This document shows, piece by piece, positions 59,217 to 64,000 of a stretch of 64,000 nucleotides of DNA (the first letter of the stretch is position 1; each line of letters starts with the position of its first letter). The stretch is from a virus (Duplodnaviria > Caudoviricetes), in IMG/VR virus record IMGVR_UViG_2974730439_000001, positions 35,849 to 99,848 of that record; one strand, given 5' to 3'. The notes beneath the pieces are model-generated. The model had not been told where the DNA came from. It did not search any database and was given only the letters and a program-made list of their open reading frames with translations. Made by a program: the position numbers and the translations under genes.

Positions 59217-59657
59217 TTAAGCTGCCGGTGTAGCCGGTACTACTATATGATTAATTACTTGGAAGATTCCGTCACATTTGTTATAGTATATAAGATATCT
59301 GTTACCAGTTGTAATTTCATTATTTGTCATTTGAGCTCCGGAACCATTTAATAGAGCTTTTGCTCCAGTAGATGTAATAACTGTAGTTGTATTATCAATC
59401 TATCTATTAGTAAAGCTAGTAGGATCTAAGAATACTAAATCCGTAGGAGTAGCTGCACTAGCAGGAGTAGATGTTACATGCAGTATAAATAAACCTTGGC
59501 ATGGGAGTTGTCTCCACAGTTTAGGACATATACCATAAGTAACTGAAGTAGTCGTAGTATCGGTAGTAACATAGTTAGTTCTCAATACTGGAATACCAAA
59601 ATTATCTACAGTTCTTACTCTACCTCTATTAAAGTAGTTTAAAAAAGGATAAAACAT
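59217..59657 (-). CDS. 146-aa hypothetical protein (TAG=Gln)
   Basis: MFYPFLNYFNRG...NR(Q)IDNTTT...PATPAA*. Confidence 0.7.
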
Positions 59658-59674
59658 AACTGCCTCCTTTCTTA

Positions 59675-60595
59675 TTAGCAACCGCATCCGCAACCGTTAT
59701 TATAACCGTAGCCGTAGCCGTAGCCATAATCATTCAAGCCACCCTAACAACCAAAAGGATTGCAAGTTAAGTAAGCAGGAACAGGACACGGACGAATTTG
59801 ATTAACGATGTTTGCAGTTTGAGCTTGCTGAGAAGCAGACAATTGTAAAGCTTGTTTATCTTCACGCAAAGCATCGATCTTATTCTGCATTTCTCTCATT
59901 TCGAGTTGACAGAACTTATCATTGATAATTTGAGTCTGTGCATCTATCTTAGCACCTACAATATTAAACTTAGATGCATTATCAGCCATTAAAGAATTGA
60001 ATCCATTAGTAATAGCGTTCTGCAGTGTGTTAGTCTGATTGCATACAGACAGCTGATTTTCATAACCCATCTTAGTGATGTTGTTATTTACACCGCTAAT
60101 AGATTCTCTAACATTGCAGCAGCAGCTAGCTAACTGAGAAGCCAAGCTTGCATTACCAGAAGTAATAGCATTGATTACTTCACAGCTAGACAACTTAGTA
60201 TCGCAAGAGATCTGACTTACTCCAGAATTGATAGTATTAAGAGCTGTCTGAACAGAATTAATATCACAATTCAAAGTAGTAGCTAAGCTATTGATGGCAT
60301 CTTTGTTACCGTTAATAGCCTGCATCAACAGATTAGTGTTAGCGTCACTGTTCAGTTCAGAAGCAAGAGCACCAGCGTTACGTCCGCCGAAACCATTACC
60401 ACCGAAACCGCCCCAGCAGAAGAAGATCAGGATGATCCAAATCCACCACCAACCGCCGTTTCCACCGAAACCACCGTTGTTCATCATAGCCATCAAAGCA
60501 GCGGGATCCATATTACCTTTATTAGCATTCTATATTAAAGCAGCAAGACCAGCGTCAATACCGCGATCCTGCACAATAATTCTATCTTCTAACAT
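59675..60595 (-). CDS. 306-aa Gly/Trp-TM plus CCC coiled-coil phage protein (TAG=Gln)
   Basis: ATG 60595 to TAA 59675; GGWWWIWIILIFFCWGG, ASCCC, PVPAY and terminal GCGCGC. Confidence 0.8.
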
Positions 60596-60624
60596 AATTG
60601 ATTTAATTTAAAAATTGATTTTTA

Positions 60625-61260
60625 TTAATATCTAACGTAGCGAACTGCTTTGCCACGTCCATATTCTGAATAAGGTTCGTACTCTTTTTCTCTTTCGAGC
60701 ATACGTTCGTAATCGTCTTCATAGTCTCTAGCTCTGCTAGTAGAATATACTCTACGACCACCACGCATCATACCACCTCTTCTACCACCTCTACGGAATA
60801 AGCCTATGCGTTCAAACTCGTCATCATCGTCATCTTCGTATTTTTCACGCTTTTCAACTTCTTCCTCATAGCATTCCATTTCAGCTTGTCTGATCTTATC
60901 ACACATAACGTAAATATAGTAATACCACATCTTACCTTCATCAATGTCTTTGTCATTGATCCAAGCTTTTGCCAATTCAACAAAATGCTTAGTGCTATTA
61001 GAATTAGTCATACTTATAATTACCTTATAGTAATCAGAATAAACCATGTTAAGTGCTACGAACCAATCATAACGATTAAATCTGCTACCCAGATTTATTC
61101 CGTATTGACTAGCTAATGCGGTAGTTTCTTCTACAGACCAATGTGGTCCACGAGTACCGTCCTCATTTTCCATTTTACTTACAGCTTTACGGGCATGTTC
61201 CTCATTGAAGTGAGGACCGTGTTCTGCTTCGTAAGCCTTTACACGAAATATTCTATGCAT
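60625..61260 (-). CDS. hypothetical protein (MENEDG..GPHW family)
   Basis: 211-aa ORF with no internal TAG. Confidence 0.8.
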   Translation of the reverse strand: MHRIFRVKAYEAEHGPHFNEEHARKAVSKMENEDGTRGPHWSVEETTALASQYGINLGSRFNRYDWFVALNMVYSDYYKVIISMTNSNSTKHFVELAKAWINDKDIDEGKMWYYYIYVMCDKIRQAEMECYEEEVEKREKYEDDDDDEFERIGLFRRGGRRGGMMRGGRRVYSTSRARDYEDDYERMLEREKEYEPYSEYGRGKAVRYVRY

Positions 61261-61295
61261 ATTATTATTGATTAATATTATTGAATATATTGATT

Positions 61296-61934
61296 TTACT
61301 TAGGTAACTCAATTACACGAGTATTAGTTACCTTGATTATTGGGTTACTGTTAATTATCTGATATTTTTTGGTACGTATACGTTTCCAATCAAAGTGGAA
61401 GAACCTAACGAAACCGTTACGATATTTATTCTTGTATTCTTTCTTTTCTTCTACAAACAAAATCTATTGATTCTTAATATCTAATGTGGCTTTAAGGATT
61501 GAGTCCTTTCTACTAACTATGATAGTTGTTAATGGATTAATTTTAAGTTCTTCATCAAAATCTATTAACTTATGTTTTATAATAGTTCTGACTGAATCTT
61601 TAATCTCAGTATTGATTACATTTACATCAGTTAGGTTCTTGTCTTTGATTTTAAGCTTTTTCTAAGCATCCTTAGCTTCTTTTAATAAACTATCATTACT
61701 AGTATTTAGTTCTTCTATAGTAAGCTATAGTACTCTGTTTAACTATTCCTTCTAGGATGCTAATTGCTCGTAAGCTCTAACATTGTTAGTTATTCTGTCA
61801 ATCTCTTTATTCTTTTTCTATAGCTAATGGTTCTAAACAAAAACAGTCGCAATAAGTAAACTAACTAAACCTACTGCGACTGCTCTGAAATTCCTTGTAA
61901 ACCAATTAACTAACTAATTCAGTATTGGAATCAT
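61296..61934 (-). CDS. 212-aa Rz / i-spanin-like protein (TAG=Gln)
   Basis: N-terminal TM followed by a coiled coil, directly after the holin; at least 9 in-frame TAGs. Confidence 0.6.
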
Positions 61935-62415
61935 CTGGTAATTCTTTATCTAATGATATATCTAAATATTTCTCTCCTTTTGCTTTTATAACCTTCCTGA
62001 GTATCTTCCATATCTTCCAATCAGGATATAAGTCGCTAAATGATTCTAATAACGACCAGAACTCAACTAAGGCTATCATTCCTGCTACTATTTCTACAGC
62101 GTGCAGGTTAATAGAGGTTACTACCAGCTAATCTATTATTGATGCACTAGTTATTGCTACTGCTGTATCTCTAGTCTTCCATATAGTTTTCCATGCTTTA
62201 TGTGATTCAATCTTAGGATGCCCATATTTTTTAGAGACTTTATAACCATAGATAGCATCAAGTAGTATCAATATACCGACAGCAGTGATAGGAACCCATA
62301 CAGGTGCGAATATAGAAAGTAGCCCAGTTATAACAGAAGCTACGCATTTATCCGCACTACTGAACATGTTCTTAAATATTGACATAGTATGTTCTCCTAA
62401 TTGTTGGTAATTCAT
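61906..62415 (-). CDS. 169-aa holin (phage holin 4-like; one in-frame TAG)
   Basis: TM segments, LLDAIYG, and EFWSLLES after read-through of TAG 62128-62130. Confidence 0.75.
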
Positions 62416-62513
62416 AGATAGTAGCTGATAATAAAAATCAAATAAGCCCTGACAGATTAAAAGGGGAGTAAAATCTGAGAGGGCTCGAAATTCCGTTTGA
62501 GATTATAATTATA

Positions 62514-62539
62514 TAACGATAAGGTTTATTTAAGGTTTC
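62514..62539 (-). promoter_or_regulatory. candidate ECF-type promoter (GAAAC-N16-CGTTA) for the lysis cassette
   Basis: Same motif as at 272-298; about 100 nt upstream of the holin ATG. Confidence 0.45.
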
Positions 62540-63552
62540 TATTTTGAAAATCTTCTTGCATAAACTAATAGCTCTTTATAGCGTAATATCTTCTTTAGTA
62601 AGTTAATGCCATTACAATGCTTAAGCCAACCTATATGACTACACATTTCTTGTTTGTAATCTTCTACTGTAATGTTTTTCTTTCTGCCTAATCTAGCAGC
62701 TTTCCTACACATGCTACGCTTAATATTTTTTCTTACTAAAGTATAGTCATGCCTTATTACATAACCTACAAAAGATATACCTCTGTCTTCTACTTTAAAT
62801 ATCTAATAGTTATCTTTGAAAGTTAATTTTAAAGTATCTAAATACTATTTCATTTCTTCAAACAGTTCTCGTAAATACTCTTTATCCTTATGTAGTATTA
62901 CTATATCATCTGCATATCTAAAGTAATATTTAACCTATTTATCTTCTTTAAGCCAGTGGTCAAAGTAAGTAAGATACAGATTAGCAAAGAACTAAGATAA
63001 GTAATTACCAATAGGTACACCTTCTGCTGAATCTATTATCTCATCTAATAACTATAATAACTTCTAATCCTTTATCTTCTTTCTTATTATGCTCTTTAAT
63101 ACTTCATGGTCTATACTAGGATAGAACTTTCTGATATCTAACTTAAGACAATAAGTAGTATTATCTACATCTTTTAAAGCTTCTTTAACATTATGTAATG
63201 CTTCGTGAATACCTCTGTGTTTAATGCAACTATAAGTATCTTTAATAAAGATAGATACCCATATAGGTTCCATTATATTCATTACAGCATGATGTACTAT
63301 TCTATCTGGATAATAAGGTAATCTAAATATTAATCTTTCTTTAGGTTCTCTAATTATAAATGTATTATATTCAGAAGTTTTATACGTACCGTTAATTAAA
63401 TTCTGCTATAGTTTTTTAAGTAATTCTTCTTTATTCTAGTCAAACTCTTTGATATCTTTTCTACTAGATTTATTTCTTCTAGCTTTCTTATCTGCTAAAT
63501 ATAAATTGTCTAAGCTAACAATCTTATCGAATAAATTATTATATCTCTTCAT
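62530..63552 (-). CDS. DGR reverse transcriptase, 340 aa (9 in-frame TAG)
   Basis: MKRYNNLFDKIVSLDNL...EPKERLIFRLPYYPDRIVHHA...KLDIRKFYPSI...GVPIGNYLS(Q)FFANLYL...YFRYADD...GISFVGY. Confidence 0.95.
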
Positions 63553-63689
63553 AAATAATATTTTCTGAAATACCTTCACGCATCTTCACTTTCGTTACCA
63601 ATGCGTTCAAGAAGCATGTCATATTTTACCAAGAGGTAAGGTTCAGCCCTTGATTTTTTGTCAGTTTATAATTTTTTTACGTATTTCAG

Positions 63690-63800
63690 TGTCCTGACAT
63701 TAGCATTGGAATTGTCTAACTCATTGTTAGAATTCAAATTGAACAAACCTGCATTAGACTCATTGTCTGAGTTACTGCTGATTTACTCACGACTGCAACC
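63690..63800 (-). repeat. DGR template repeat (TR)
   Basis: AAY-rich: ...AAC TCA GAC AAT GAG TCT AAT GCA GGT TTG TTC AAT TTG AAT TCT AAC AAT GAG TTA GAC AAT TCC AAT GCT AAT GTC AGG ACA; lies upstream of the RT. The 5' limit is approximate. Confidence 0.92.
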
Positions 63801-63813
63801 TTTTATTGGTTAA

Positions 63814-64000
63814 TTAAAACCAGTTTTCTTCAGATTCTATAGAATCCAATTGTTCATAATCCTCATCATTTAACTCTAATGTAGCTGGAGCAGCTGGCAA
63901 TGCCGGTTCACCATAGAAGGTAATTCGAGTCCCGACAGTAGCAAGGGAAGCGTCCAACCCAGCGTCAGAATCCAAACGGAACAAACCCGCAATAGACCCA
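63814..64000 (-). CDS. 3' end of the local DGR target gene
   Basis: ...GSIAGLFRLDSDAGLDASLATVGTRITFYGEPALPAAPATLELNDEDYEQLDSIESEENWF*. Confidence 0.85.
   Translation of the reverse strand, partial: GSIAGLFRLDSDAGLDASLATVGTRITFYGEPALPAAPATLELNDEDYEQLDSIESEENWF
63928..64000 (-). repeat. DGR variable repeat VR1 (truncated by window edge)
   Basis: 73 nt with 18 differences from TR, all at TR adenines. Confidence 0.95.

Noticed and set aside
29633-63552. Pseudogenes or frameshifted late genes suggested by the fragmented ORF track
   Set aside because: Fragments stay in frame and break at TAG; recoding explains them.
62530-63552. Group II intron or retron RT
   Set aside because: SQ motif, 340-aa size and the adjacent TR/VR pair with A-specific differences identify a DGR.

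Overview
This is a ~64 kb slice of a crAss-like (Crassvirales) Bacteroidota phage genome, most consistent with the TAG-recoded delta group (Suoliviridae; taxonomy is inference). The + strand (~1.5-29.6 kb) carries early and replication genes in essentially standard code: small ORFs, an ECF sigma factor, PolB, DnaB, a Sak4-like ATPase, SSB, a MoxR-AAA/vWA pair, primase, nucleases and tRNAs. The - strand (29.6-64 kb) carries virion and late genes that only form full ORFs if TAG is read as Gln: a ~4,490-aa virion RNA polymerase polyprotein, cargo proteins, muzzle and ring proteins, spanin/holin, and a diversity-generating retroelement (DGR). Main discoveries: (1) the DGR template repeat (~63.7 kb) matches both its adjacent target and a second, remote target ~59 kb away on the opposite strand, inside a small early-region gene, with all differences at TR adenines; (2) a circularly permuted two-piece tmRNA gene with tag GNTSYIMNYSRIAA; (3) the DGR reverse transcriptase, the holin, the spanin and one + strand resolvase-like nuclease all need amber read-through; (4) a 2.2-kb ORF-free, hairpin-dense block that may be a giant ncRNA; (5) mini tRNA-like elements, 10-bp-periodic intergenic arrays and ECF-type late promoters. 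No amber-suppressor tRNA was found in the window. The long recoded ORFs were joined by frame arithmetic and partial hand translation, not by a full machine translation.
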